Shown one piece after another: positions 1 through 9,599 of a DNA stretch of 64,000 nt (positions are counted from its first letter, which is position 1; each line of letters opens with the position of its first letter). The notes below the pieces were generated by a model that made no database searches, was not told where the DNA came from, and worked only from the letters and a program-made list of their open reading frames with translations. A program made the position numbers and the translations under genes. Origin of the DNA: an uncultured bacterium (lineage in GTDB: Bacteria > Krumholzibacteriota > Krumholzibacteriia > LZORAL124-64-63); assembly GCA_903859215.1 (NCBI GenBank), contig CAIOLW010000144.1:629-64628 (forward strand), written 5' to 3'.

Positions 1-464
1 AACAGCAGGATGAGCATGAGCCCCAGCCAGTAGCCCGGCATCGAGAGGAAGGCGAGGCCGGCGCCGCCGACCAGATGGTCGGGCGCCCGGCCGCGGTACG
101 CCGCCATCAGCACGGCGGCCCCCAGCGCGAGCGCGAGTTGCAGGACATAGGCGGACGTCGTCAGCAGGAGCGTGGGCCCGAGCGCCTCGCGGACGACGTC
201 GGCGACCGGGCGTTGCTGTCGCCAGCTCTGCCCCCAGTCGCCGCGCGCGCACTGCGCGACCCAGTGCAGGTACTGCGCGGCGAGCGGCTGGTCGAGCCCG
301 AGGCGCTCGCGCAGCAACTGGTGCGCGCGCGCATCCGATGTCTCGCCGACCGAGGCCACGAGCGGATCGCCGGGCGCCAGGCGCACGACGGCGAACACGA
401 TGGTCGCCAGCAGGACGAGCATCAGCAGGGACCACAGGAGGCGTCGCGCGAGCCAGGGGATCAT
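1..464 (-). CDS. ABC transporter permease, OppB/DppB family (truncated at window edge)
   Basis: Manual translation from ATG at 464: MIPWLARRLLWSLLMLVLLATIVFAVVRLAPGDP...GDWGQSW...GPTLLL...FLSMPGYWLGLMLILL. The PGDP and SMPxYW motifs are typical of oligopeptide permeases. Not in the ORF track because it runs off the window. Confidence 0.9.
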   Translation of the reverse strand, partial: MIPWLARRLLWSLLMLVLLATIVFAVVRLAPGDPLVASVGETSDARAHQLLRERLGLDQPLAAQYLHWVAQCARGDWGQSWRQQRPVADVVREALGPTLLLTTSAYVLQLALALGAAVLMAAYRGRAPDHLVGGAGLAFLSMPGYWLGLMLILL

Positions 465-802
465 GTCCGTCCTTCGCGGTCGGGACCGGGGAATGGTGAT
501 AGTAGGAACGGCCCGGCGCGGCGGTCAAGCGCTGCGGTCGCGCCAGCGGGCATCCTGCACGGCCGGCGCCCCCCTTCCCTGCCGGTCCGCACGATTCCCG
601 GTCCTTCCCCGCCGGTCCCCCGGCGGCGCGCGCGGTCCCGGTCGTTCCGCGTGATTCCTGCCTGTTCCCTGTCGTTCCCCGGGCCGCTGCCGCGCCGCGA
701 TCCCGGCGGCGCCGGTACGGTTCTTTCAATACCGGCCCGGCATTCCCTGTCCACGGGCAGGTGGGCACCGGAAGCCACAGACGAACAACCGAGGGGATCA
801 CC

Positions 803-2866
803 ATGGCGATGCGTTGGATCACCACCACGAGCCCGGCCGACCGCCGCGCGAGCGCGCGGATCGCCGCGGCACTGCTCGTGGCCGTCGCACTCGCGGCCCT
901 GGCCGGCTGCGACATCAACAAGCCCGAGATGCCGACGTTCGACACGTCGTTGACGCTGCCCCTGGGCGTCGAGCGGCTGGACGTCGCGGACGCCCTCGGC
1001 AGCGAGGACTTCCTGGCGACGGGCAACGACGGCAGCCTCCTGTTCAAGGTCGACGGCACGGCCGACACCCTGAGCTTCAACTTCGACCTCTCGGCCGACG
1101 TGCCGGCGCGGTCGATGAACCAGGGGCTCGGCTCGTTCTCGCTCGCCTCGTTCGGTCCCCTCTCCTACGGCTTCCTGCTGGGCGACGTGTGGGCGCCCGC
1201 CGCCATGGCCAACGGCCTGACGATGGTCGTGCCGCCGTTCCCCGTCGTCGTCACCAGCGCCGACCAGGACGTGCCCGAGATCAATGCCGCCACGCTCGCC
1301 TCCGGGACCGCTTCGGTAACCGTCTCCAACGGCCTGCCGGTCACGATCTCGGACGCCGGCGGCCCCGACCAGCTGGTGCTGGTGCTGGAGAGCCCCACCG
1401 GCGTCGCCTTCGCCACGTTCACCTTCGGTCCGATCGCCGCCGGTACCAGCCAAACGCGCACGGTCGACCTGGCCGGCGCGGTCCTGCCCGACCGCCTGCG
1501 CGTGAGGCTGGCCGGCGGCTCGGCCGGTTCGGGCGACCAGGCCGTGACGATCAACAGCGGCGCCGCGCTGGACGTCGAGGCGACGTTCACCGACCTGCTG
1601 GTGTCGTCCGCTACGGCCGTCGTCGGCGCCCAGGGCTTCGCCACGACGTTCAGTTCGCCGCTCCCGTCCGGCTACGAGGTCACCGAGGCCGTGCTGGCCG
1701 GCGGGTCGGCCCAGTTGAGCGTCACCAACGACATGCCGGTGCCGTGCCAGGCCCTCCTGACCTGGCCGGGCCTGCGCAGCGCCGACGGCTCGCCGCTGGT
1801 CGAGCAGTTCACCCTGGCCGCGAACGCCGCGGCTTCCCATACCATCAACTTCGCCGGCTACACGCTGGCCGACGGCGGCGCGCCGCTGACGTCGCTCGAC
1901 GCGACCGTCAGCGTGACCTCGCCCGGCAGCAGCGGCCTGCCCGTGACGATGAATTCCGGCGACGGCCTGACCGCGACGCTCGGCGCCGCGACGATCACGT
2001 TCGCCAGCGTGACCGGCGTGATCCCCGAGGCGGTGGTCGTGCTGGACCCGACCGTCGAGAACATCGACCTGCCCGCCGAGCTGAACGGCCTGTCCCTGAC
2101 GGCGGCCACGTTGACGCTCGAACTGGACACGGCCGCGTCCCTGCCCGGAAGCGTCGACCTGACCCTGCGCGGCGTGGCGGCCAACGGCCACGTCAGCGAC
2201 CTGACGGTCAGCCGGGCCCTGAACCAGGACCCGGGCAAGGCCCTGACCGAGATCGTGCTCGACCAGAACAACAGCGGGATCGTCGACTTCCTGAACAACC
2301 TGCCCGAGCGCATCACCCTGCTGGGCCAGGTGGCCCTCGGCGGCGCCGGCACCGTCGGCACCGTGCATCCGAACGACCAGGCCGTCGTGCGCTGGCGGAT
2401 CGTGGCGCCGGTGGAAGTCGTCATCGACGGCGCGAGCCTCAACAGCGACCCGCGCCTGCTGAACGTCGACGCGAAGATGCAGGAAAACATCTCCACCCAC
2501 GCGCAGGGCGCCCAGGCCCAGCTCGAGGTGCTCAACCACCTGCCGCTGGCCCTGTCGCTGACCGTGCTGGTGGGCCAGGACGCAAACACGCTGGACACGG
2601 CGCCGCTGCTGGCCATCGGGCCCCTGACCATCGACGCCGCCCAGCTCGATCCCGTGACGCACACCGTCTCGCAGGCCGTCGTCAGCCGGCCGACGTTCCA
2701 GCTGACCGCCGAACAGGCGCAGGTCTTCGGACAGCCCGGCCTGGTCACCAAGGTCGTGGCCACGCTCCCGTCGTCGAACGGGCAGCCGGCCCGCGTGCTC
2801 GCGACGGATTACCTCGAGGTGCGCGGCACCATCCAGTTGGACGTCCTGGTCGACAACCAGTTCTAG
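803..2866 (+). CDS. Large beta-rich outer-membrane lipoprotein, function unknown
   Basis: ORF 761..2866, likely start ATG 803 after GAGGGG. Signal peptide with lipobox LAG-C, then alternating beta-strand patterns with repeated xNxLPV segments. Codon usage is strongly GC3-biased. Confidence 0.8.
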   Translation: MAMRWITTTSPADRRASARIAAALLVAVALAALAGCDINKPEMPTFDTSLTLPLGVERLDVADALGSEDFLATGNDGSLLFKVDGTADTLSFNFDLSADVPARSMNQGLGSFSLASFGPLSYGFLLGDVWAPAAMANGLTMVVPPFPVVVTSADQDVPEINAATLASGTASVTVSNGLPVTISDAGGPDQLVLVLESPTGVAFATFTFGPIAAGTSQTRTVDLAGAVLPDRLRVRLAGGSAGSGDQAVTINSGAALDVEATFTDLLVSSATAVVGAQGFATTFSSPLPSGYEVTEAVLAGGSAQLSVTNDMPVPCQALLTWPGLRSADGSPLVEQFTLAANAAASHTINFAGYTLADGGAPLTSLDATVSVTSPGSSGLPVTMNSGDGLTATLGAATITFASVTGVIPEAVVVLDPTVENIDLPAELNGLSLTAATLTLELDTAASLPGSVDLTLRGVAANGHVSDLTVSRALNQDPGKALTEIVLDQNNSGIVDFLNNLPERITLLGQVALGGAGTVGTVHPNDQAVVRWRIVAPVEVVIDGASLNSDPRLLNVDAKMQENISTHAQGAQAQLEVLNHLPLALSLTVLVGQDANTLDTAPLLAIGPLTIDAAQLDPVTHTVSQAVVSRPTFQLTAEQAQVFGQPGLVTKVVATLPSSNGQPARVLATDYLEVRGTIQLDVLVDNQF

Positions 2867-2909
2867 GGAATCACCTCCCGCGCGGCGGGAGCAGCAAAGG
2901 ACCGGAAAC

Positions 2910-4196
2910 ATGAAGAGCATCCCGAAGAACATCGCGCAGGCCCGGCGGCGGCACCCGACCCTCGCCTGGGCGACGACGGCCCTGCTGGTCGCGATCACGG
3001 CTGCCCTGTGGGCCGGCCCGGCCGCGGCGCAGAGCCCGGTCCGCGCCTGGGGCATGGGCGGCGCCGGCGGCGCCGTGGCCCAGGGCCTCGAGGCCGTCAC
3101 CTTCAACCCGGCCAACCTGGCCTTCAGCGAGCACTCGAGCGTGGGCATGGCCGGCGCGGCGGTGTCGGTGCAGAACAACTCACTGAGCCTGGACCGCTAC
3201 AACGAGATCACGGGCACGCACCTCGACGGCGCGGCCAAGACGAGGCTGCTCGCGGACATCCCCGCGGGCGGCTTCAGCCTCGACGCCGACGTGCGCGCCT
3301 CGGCGCTCGGCTTCCAGTTCGGGAACGTCGCGCTGACGGCCGGCGCCGTCGGCACCGGCCACGGCAACCTCGACAAGGACTACTTCGACCTGGTGCTGTA
3401 CGGCAACCAGCTGGGCAAGACGGTCGACTTCAGCAACACCTACGGCGAAGGCAGCGCGATGGGCGCGGCGACGGTGTCGTTCGGCACGAAGCTGCTCTCG
3501 CTGGGCGGCGCACAGCTGGGCGCCGGCGTCAACGTGCGCTACCTGTACGGCGTGTACGAGATGCACGTGGCCGATGCCGGCGGGTCATTGACCACCGGCA
3601 TGACCGAGATCGCCGGCGATGCGCACGTCTCGACGGTGTCGAGCGAGGGCGGCCGCGGCTACGGCGTGGACGTGGGGCTGGCCCTGCGCACGCCCGGCGG
3701 CATGCAACTGGGCCTGACGCTGGAGAACGCGCAGGGCCGGATGGAGTGGAACCGCAACGTCGAGAACCGCGAGTACCGCGTCACCGCGGCGGACATCAAC
3801 CTGCTCAACACGAACATCGATGCCTCGGTCAACGATGCGGACTCCACCTGGGCCGGCAATCCGTACACCACCGAACTGCCGCGCACCGCGCGCCTGGGCG
3901 CGTCGGCGAAGGTCGGACCGTTCGTGCTGGCGGCGGACTACCTGCAGGGCTTCGAGAACCGCGGCCTGGTCTCCACCAACGGTCGCGTGGCGGCGGGCGT
4001 CGAGTGGCAGCTGGGCTTCCTCAAGCCCCGCTTCGGCGCCGCCAGCGGCGGCGTGCAGGGCCAGAGCGCCTCGGCGGGCCTGGGCCTGGACCTCGGGTTC
4101 TGGCACATCGACGCGGCGGCCGTCACCCGCGGCGGCTTGAAGGTGGGCGACACCAAGGGCCTGGGCGTGGCCGTGGCCTCTTCGCTGGTCTTCTAG
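2910..4196 (+). CDS. Outer-membrane beta-barrel protein (FadL/TraF/DUF5723-like)
   Basis: Signal peptide, N-terminal 'RAWGMGGA...NPANLA' motif of FadL/PorV/TraF-type barrels, amphipathic strands and a C-terminal Phe. Confidence 0.75.
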   Translation: MKSIPKNIAQARRRHPTLAWATTALLVAITAALWAGPAAAQSPVRAWGMGGAGGAVAQGLEAVTFNPANLAFSEHSSVGMAGAAVSVQNNSLSLDRYNEITGTHLDGAAKTRLLADIPAGGFSLDADVRASALGFQFGNVALTAGAVGTGHGNLDKDYFDLVLYGNQLGKTVDFSNTYGEGSAMGAATVSFGTKLLSLGGAQLGAGVNVRYLYGVYEMHVADAGGSLTTGMTEIAGDAHVSTVSSEGGRGYGVDVGLALRTPGGMQLGLTLENAQGRMEWNRNVENREYRVTAADINLLNTNIDASVNDADSTWAGNPYTTELPRTARLGASAKVGPFVLAADYLQGFENRGLVSTNGRVAAGVEWQLGFLKPRFGAASGGVQGQSASAGLGLDLGFWHIDAAAVTRGGLKVGDTKGLGVAVASSLVF

Positions 4197-4253
4197 ACGG
4201 GATGACCGGGCTTCTAGACGGGATGACTGGGTTTCTAGACGGGACGACTGGGC
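4191..4253. repeat. 3 x 21-bp tandem repeat (TTCTAGACGGGATGACYGGGY) beginning at the barrel gene stop codon
   Basis: Units at 4191-4211, 4212-4232 and 4233-4253, differing by 2 nt between pairs. Confidence 0.9.
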
Positions 4254-4283
4254 GGGAGCGTCGCCGGCACGTCGATTGACGAC

Positions 4284-5012
4284 TCAGCCGACTTCCAGCC
4301 CCCACGCCCGGCAAAAGGCGTCGGCCAGTCGCGGCAGCAGCTGCGACTGGCCTTCGTCGTCCAGGGGGGCGCCCAGCAATTGGCCGAGGTCGGTGGTGAC
4401 CATGGCGAGCGTGGCGCGGTCGGGCGCCGGGCGGCGCGGGTCAGGGTGCAGGAAGCGCGGCAGTTCGAGGTGCGCCGGGCCGGCCAGGATGGAACCGTGC
4501 TGCAGGAAGACGTCGCCGCGCCGCCGCTGCGCCGAGCCGACGAGCTTGCGGCCGCGCACGTTGATCTCGTGGCGGCCGGCACTCTTGAAGCAGACCATGC
4601 CGCGCGCGTCGTCGCGGCTCTCGCCGCCCGAGACGTCCGCCGGCAGGCCGAGGTCGCGCAGGAACAGCACGAGCGCCTCGTTGATGCGCGTGTAGGTCTG
4701 GTGCAGCGTCGTCCCGAACAGTTCCGACGGGCTGGTGCCGACCACGGCGTAGGTCAGTTCGTCCCCGTGCAGGATGGCGCGGCCGCCGGTGGGCCGGCGC
4801 ACCAGGCCATAGCCCGCTGCCGCGATCGCGCCGGCGTCGAACCCTTCGAGGGACTGGTGGTACCCGTAGGAGACGGCGAACGGCCGCCAGCGGTAAAGAC
4901 GGAGCACCGGCAGGTCGCCCGGCCGGTGCTCGTCAAGGAGCGCGGCATCCCGCGCCATGTTCGCCGCGCCGTCGGCGGCGCCCTCGATGAGGATCCTCAG
5001 CTTGCCCGCCAC
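4284..5012 (-). CDS. Lipoate-protein ligase / octanoyltransferase (LipM/LplA-like)
   Basis: C-terminal part of ORF 4284..6125, from GTG 5012. Motifs NMARDAALL, VRRPTGGRAILH, RKLVGSAQRR and LQHGSI. Lies directly downstream of the gcv genes. Confidence 0.9.
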   Translation of the reverse strand: MAGKLRILIEGAADGAANMARDAALLDEHRPGDLPVLRLYRWRPFAVSYGYHQSLEGFDAGAIAAAGYGLVRRPTGGRAILHGDELTYAVVGTSPSELFGTTLHQTYTRINEALVLFLRDLGLPADVSGGESRDDARGMVCFKSAGRHEINVRGRKLVGSAQRRRGDVFLQHGSILAGPAHLELPRFLHPDPRRPAPDRATLAMVTTDLGQLLGAPLDDEGQSQLLPRLADAFCRAWGLEVG

Positions 5013-5020
5013 GCGCGACC

Positions 5021-6517
5021 TCAGCAGTTGCAGGGGCCCATCCACCGCAGGTCGGGATCGCGGGCGGCCTTGGCCTCGTCCATGCGACCGACCGGCGTGT
5101 GGTGCGGGGCGCCGTGCAGCAGGTCCGGGTCGGTGGCGGCCTCCTCGCGGATGCGCTTCATCACCGCGACGAAGTGGTCGAGGCTCTCGCGAGACTCGGT
5201 CTCGGTGGGCTCGACCATGAACGCCTCTTCGACGATCAGCGGGAAGTACACCGTCGGCGCGTGCAGCCCGTAGTCGAGCAGGCGCTTGGCGATGTCCAGC
5301 GTGCGGACGCCGAAGTCGCGCTTCCAGCCCGCGCCCGTGGCCACGAACTCGTGCAGGCAGTCCTCGGCGTGCTCGACCTCGATCACGTCCTTCAGCTGGT
5401 GCTTGAGGTAGTTCGCATTCAGCACGGCGCACTCGGTGACGCGCTTCAACCCGTCGCGCCCGTTGCGCAGGATGTAGGCCAGCGCCCGCAGGCAGACGCC
5501 CACGTTGCCGTAGTAGGCGTGGATGGCCGTGTCGTCGACGCCCGGCAGGCGATCGAGCGTGAACGTGCCGTCGGCCGCCTGGCCGATGCGCGGGCCGGGC
5601 AGGAACGGGACCAGGTCGGCGGCCACGCAGATGGGGCCGGCGCCCGGGCCGCCGCCGCCGTGCGGCGTGCTGAACGTCTTGTGCAGGTTCATGTGCACGA
5701 CGTCGAAGCCCATGTCGCCGGGCCGGGCCTTGCCGAGGATCGCGTTGAGGTTGGCGCCGTCCATGTAGAGGCGGCCGCCGGCCTCGTGCACGATGCGCGC
5801 GACCTCGACGATGTCGTTCTCGAACAGCCCGAGCGTGTTCGGGTTGGTGATCATGATGCCGGCGGTCTTCGGGCCCACCGCGGCCTTCAGCGCTGCGAGG
5901 TCGATGCGGCCGTCCGCCTTCGAGGCGATCTGCCGCGGCGTCAGGCCCATGATCGCGACGCTGGCCGGGTTCGTGCCGTGCGCCGAGTCGGGGATCAGGA
6001 TCTCCGTGCGCGCCGTGTCGCCGCGCGACTCGTGCCAGGCGCGGATGACCAGCATGCCCAGGTACTCGCCGTGCGCGCCGGCGGCCGGGACCAGGCTGCA
6101 GCCGGCGAAACCCGAGATCTCGCACAGCGCCTTCTCAAGGTGCATCAGCGCGCCGAGCAGGCCCTGGATGTCGGCCACGTCCTGCTCCGGGTGCAGGTCG
6201 GCGAAGCCCTGCATCGCCGCCACCTGTTCGTTCAGGCGCGGGTTGTACTTCATCGTGCAGCTGCCCAAAGGGTACATGCCGCGCTCGATGTGGTGGTTCA
6301 GGTTCGACAGCGCGGTGAAGTGGCGCATCACTTCCGGCTCGCTGATGGCCGGGAAGTCGGCCGGCGCCGCGCGCAGCGCGGAGACCGGCAGCTTGGGCGC
6401 GGGCTCGCCCTCCCAGCGCGGGAAGGTCAGGCCGCGCCGCCCCGGCGCGCCCTTGTCGAACAGAGAGCCGGGCAGTTCGCCCAGCCAGCCGGCAGCCACC
6501 TGACGTTCGCCGCTCAT
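5021..6517 (-). CDS. gcvPB: Glycine dehydrogenase (aminomethyl-transferring) subunit 2
   Basis: YPLGSCTMKYNP, PDSAHGTNPAS, HMNLHKTFSTPHGGGGPG and EPTETES motifs. Start ATG 6517 overlaps the gcvPA stop. Confidence 0.97.
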   Translation of the reverse strand: MSGERQVAAGWLGELPGSLFDKGAPGRRGLTFPRWEGEPAPKLPVSALRAAPADFPAISEPEVMRHFTALSNLNHHIERGMYPLGSCTMKYNPRLNEQVAAMQGFADLHPEQDVADIQGLLGALMHLEKALCEISGFAGCSLVPAAGAHGEYLGMLVIRAWHESRGDTARTEILIPDSAHGTNPASVAIMGLTPRQIASKADGRIDLAALKAAVGPKTAGIMITNPNTLGLFENDIVEVARIVHEAGGRLYMDGANLNAILGKARPGDMGFDVVHMNLHKTFSTPHGGGGPGAGPICVAADLVPFLPGPRIGQAADGTFTLDRLPGVDDTAIHAYYGNVGVCLRALAYILRNGRDGLKRVTECAVLNANYLKHQLKDVIEVEHAEDCLHEFVATGAGWKRDFGVRTLDIAKRLLDYGLHAPTVYFPLIVEEAFMVEPTETESRESLDHFVAVMKRIREEAATDPDLLHGAPHHTPVGRMDEAKAARDPDLRWMGPCNC

Positions 6518-7884
6518 CACTTGCCCTTTCCACCGGCCGCCGCGAACTCCGCGAGCAGGGCCGCATACTGGTCGACCTGGTACAGCAGGCGCTTCTCGGT
6601 GACGGCCACGAGGATGTCGTTCGGGCCGCAGCCGGCCACGCCGTCCAGCGGGATGCCCGCCAGCACGCCGCGGGCGCGCGCGAAGGCGCGGAACTCGCGG
6701 GCCGGGCGCGGCAGTCGCAGCACGGTCTCGTTGAAGACCGGGCCGGTGAACGGCAGCGTCACCCCGGGCACCGCCGCGGCCCGCTTGCGAAGCGCCTCGA
6801 TGCGCGCGCGGTTGGCCTCGCCCAGCTCGACCAGGCCGCCGGCGCCGAGCATCGCCAGGTAGATCACGGCGCGCATCATGTTCAGGCCCTGGTTGCTGCA
6901 GATGTTGCTCGTGGCCTTCTCGCGACGGATGTGCTGTTCGCGCGTCTGCAGCGTCAGCACGTAGCCGTCCTGGCCGCGGCTGTCGGTGGTGCGGCCGACG
7001 ATGCGGCCGGGGATGCGCCGCTTGTGCTCGTCGGTGCACGACAGGAACCCGAGCAGCGGGCCGCCCCAGGTGGGCGGGATGCCGAACGGCTGCGCTTCGC
7101 CCACGCACAGGTCGGCGCCGTACTCGCCGGGCGACTTGAGCAGCGTCAGGCTGACGGGATTGACCGCCGCGATCACCATCGCGCCGGCAGCCTTCGCGAC
7201 GGCCGACAGTTCACTGACCGGCTCGACCAGGCCCAGGTAGTTGGGATTCGGCAGGACGAAGGCCGCCGCCTGCACGTTCGCCAGCACGCTCTCGAGCGCG
7301 GCGGCGTCGGTGGTGCCGGCCGAACCGGCAGGCACCTCGACGACCGCGATGCCGGCGCCGCGCATCGAGGTGCGCACAACGCGGGCCCAGCGCGGGTTCA
7401 GCGTGGCCGGCAGCACGACCAGCGGCTTGCGCCTGGTGGCGACGGCGACCTGGCAGGCCTCGGCCAGCGCCGTGGCGCCGTCGTACATGCTCGCGTTGGC
7501 CACGGCCAGGCCCGTCAGGCGGCAGACGAAGCTTTGCCACTCGTAGATGGCCTGCAACGTTCCCTGCGAGACCTCGGGCTGGTACGGCGTGTAGGCGGTC
7601 AGGAATTCGCTGCGCGAGACCAGGGCGTCGATGACCGCGGGGATCACCGTGTCGTAGACGCCGCCGCCCAGGAAGCTGACCAGCTCGGTCGTGCCGTGGT
7701 TGATCGAGGCCGCGCAACCGAACCAGCTGCGCACCTCCTCCTCGCTCAGGCCCAGGGGCAGGTCGAGGTCGCGACCGAGTCGCACGTTCGCAGGCAGGTG
7801 GCTGAACAGCTGCTCGATGCTGTCCAGTCCCATCACCGCGAGCATCTGGCGGATGTCCCCATCCGCGTGCGGAACGTAGGGCAT
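6517..7884 (-). CDS. gcvPA: Glycine dehydrogenase subunit 1
   Basis: EFLTAYTPYQPEVSQGTLQAIYEWQS, NASMYDGATA and REQHIRREKATSNICSNQ motifs. Start MPYVPH at 7884. Confidence 0.97.
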   Translation of the reverse strand: MPYVPHADGDIRQMLAVMGLDSIEQLFSHLPANVRLGRDLDLPLGLSEEEVRSWFGCAASINHGTTELVSFLGGGVYDTVIPAVIDALVSRSEFLTAYTPYQPEVSQGTLQAIYEWQSFVCRLTGLAVANASMYDGATALAEACQVAVATRRKPLVVLPATLNPRWARVVRTSMRGAGIAVVEVPAGSAGTTDAAALESVLANVQAAAFVLPNPNYLGLVEPVSELSAVAKAAGAMVIAAVNPVSLTLLKSPGEYGADLCVGEAQPFGIPPTWGGPLLGFLSCTDEHKRRIPGRIVGRTTDSRGQDGYVLTLQTREQHIRREKATSNICSNQGLNMMRAVIYLAMLGAGGLVELGEANRARIEALRKRAAAVPGVTLPFTGPVFNETVLRLPRPAREFRAFARARGVLAGIPLDGVAGCGPNDILVAVTEKRLLYQVDQYAALLAEFAAAGGKGK

Positions 7885-7891
7885 GCCCCGT

Positions 7892-8269
7892 TCAGCCTCC
7901 CAGCAGTTCGTTGTACGCGGCGGCGTCCAGCAGCGCATCCAGCTCGGCCGGCGCGCTCAGCTTGACCTTGACCAGCCAGCCGCCGCCGAAAGAGTCGCTG
8001 TTGAGCAGCTCGGGGCTGCCCGTGACGGCGTCGTTGACGGCCACGATCTCGCCCGACACCGGCAGGTACAGGTCCGCGACGGCCTTCACCGATTCGATGG
8101 TGCCGACGGCGTCGCCCTGGGTGAAGGTCGAGCCGACCGCGGGCAGCTCGACGAACACGATGTCGCCCAGCTCGTGCGCCGCGAACTCGGTCACGCCCAC
8201 GGTGCCGGTGCCACCGTCGACCAGGATCCACTCGTGTTCCTGTGTGTACTTGCGGTCTGCGGGTACCAT
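7892..8269 (-). CDS. gcvH: Glycine cleavage system H protein
   Basis: YTQEHEW, LGDIVFVELP and the lipoyl-lysine motif ESVKAV. Confidence 0.97.
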   Translation of the reverse strand: MVPADRKYTQEHEWILVDGGTGTVGVTEFAAHELGDIVFVELPAVGSTFTQGDAVGTIESVKAVADLYLPVSGEIVAVNDAVTGSPELLNSDSFGGGWLVKVKLSAPAELDALLDAAAYNELLGG

Positions 8270-8300
8270 GCTCGATTGCCTCCTGCCAGGTGGTTGTCGG

Positions 8301-9449
8301 TCAGGCCGGCGTCCGCGCGGCCAGCGGATCGCCCTTCACACGCGCCGAAAGGAACGGGAACGCGGTGGTGCGCGCCTCGACGCCCTTGCCGCGGATGTCG
8401 ATCATCAGTTCGCCCGCGGGCACGCCGGTCTCGACCAGCGCCAGCGCGAGCGGCTTTTTCAACGTCGGGCTGAACGTGCCGCTGGTGACATAGCCCACGT
8501 CGCGGCCCTGGTACAGCACCCGCGCATCCTGCCGCGCGATGCCGCGGCCGGTCACTTCCAGCGCGATCAGCTTGCGCGGCACGCCGGCCGCCTGCTGGGC
8601 CCTGAGCGCCGCCACGCCGGTGAAGGCGTCCTTCTTCAGTTTTACGGCCCAGCCGATGCCGGCTTCCAGCGGGGTGATGGACTCGCCCAGTTCGTGCCCA
8701 TACAGGCAGTAGCAGACCTCGAAGCGCAGCGTGTCGCGCGCCGCCAGGCCGATGGGCGCCACGCCGAGGTCGGCGCCGCGCGTGGCGAGCTCTTCCCAGA
8801 CGGCCAGCGCGTCGGCGTTGGGCAGGTAGAGTTCGTAGCCGTGCTCGCCGGTGTAGCCGGTGCGCGAGACGATCCACTCGCCGGACGCGCCGGGACACGT
8901 GAACGCGGTGTAGAAGTCCAGCGCGGCGATGTCGGCGTGCAGGTTGGCCAGGCGCGCCAGGCGGCCGAGCAGCTCGCGGCTGTCGGGGCCCTGCACGGCG
9001 ATGAGCGCGGTGGCGTCGCTGCGGTCGTCCATGGCGACGCCGGCGGCCGGCACGTGCTTCTTCATCCAGGCCGCGATCTTGTCGTGGTTCGCGGCGTTGC
9101 ACACGACCAGCCAGCGCTCGGCGCCCAGCCGGTAGATGAGCATGTCGTCGAGCACGCCGCCGTCGTCCTTGCACATGGCCGTGTAGACGACCTTGCCGAG
9201 GGCGCCGCCGGTCACGCGGTTGGTGACCAGGCCGTCGAGCCACGCTTCAGCAAGGGGGCCGTCGACGAAGATCTCGCCCATGTGCGTGATGTCGAAGAGG
9301 CCGACATGCTCGCGCACGGCCGCATGCTCGGCCAGCACGCCCTCGTACTGGACCGGCATCTCGTAACCGGCGTACGGCACCATCTTCGCGCCGTGCGCGC
9401 GGTGCCAGGCAGTCAGCGGCGTGGTCTTGAGGCCCGTCAGGTCGTCCAC
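8301..9449 (-). CDS. gcvT: Glycine cleavage system aminomethyltransferase T
   Basis: LKTTPL, GLFDITHMGE, SRTGYTGEHGYE and GLAARDTLRFE motifs. GTG start at 9449 after GGAG. Confidence 0.96.
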   Translation of the reverse strand: MDDLTGLKTTPLTAWHRAHGAKMVPYAGYEMPVQYEGVLAEHAAVREHVGLFDITHMGEIFVDGPLAEAWLDGLVTNRVTGGALGKVVYTAMCKDDGGVLDDMLIYRLGAERWLVVCNAANHDKIAAWMKKHVPAAGVAMDDRSDATALIAVQGPDSRELLGRLARLANLHADIAALDFYTAFTCPGASGEWIVSRTGYTGEHGYELYLPNADALAVWEELATRGADLGVAPIGLAARDTLRFEVCYCLYGHELGESITPLEAGIGWAVKLKKDAFTGVAALRAQQAAGVPRKLIALEVTGRGIARQDARVLYQGRDVGYVTSGTFSPTLKKPLALALVETGVPAGELMIDIRGKGVEARTTAFPFLSARVKGDPLAARTPA

Positions 9450-9599
9450 GGGAACATCTCCAGGGCTGGAGCTGCAGGATCTGGCCGGGACCGAGGCGGG
9501 CGCGGCCGAGGAGTCCAATCTAAACTGCGACCGGAGCGCGAACAAGCGATTCCGCAGGCCGGGCCGGGGGGCCGGGGAAGCGCCCCGGGGCGGGGTGAA

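Noticed and set aside
4191-4253. Possible mini-CRISPR array
   Set aside because: Units are directly adjacent with no spacers, and no cas genes are present.
4284-6125. 613-aa ORF as one protein (likewise 23909..26716, 29704..31647 and 40550..43003)
   Set aside because: The N-terminal parts overlap other genes in a different frame. The real starts are downstream (5012, 25168, 30864 and 42670).
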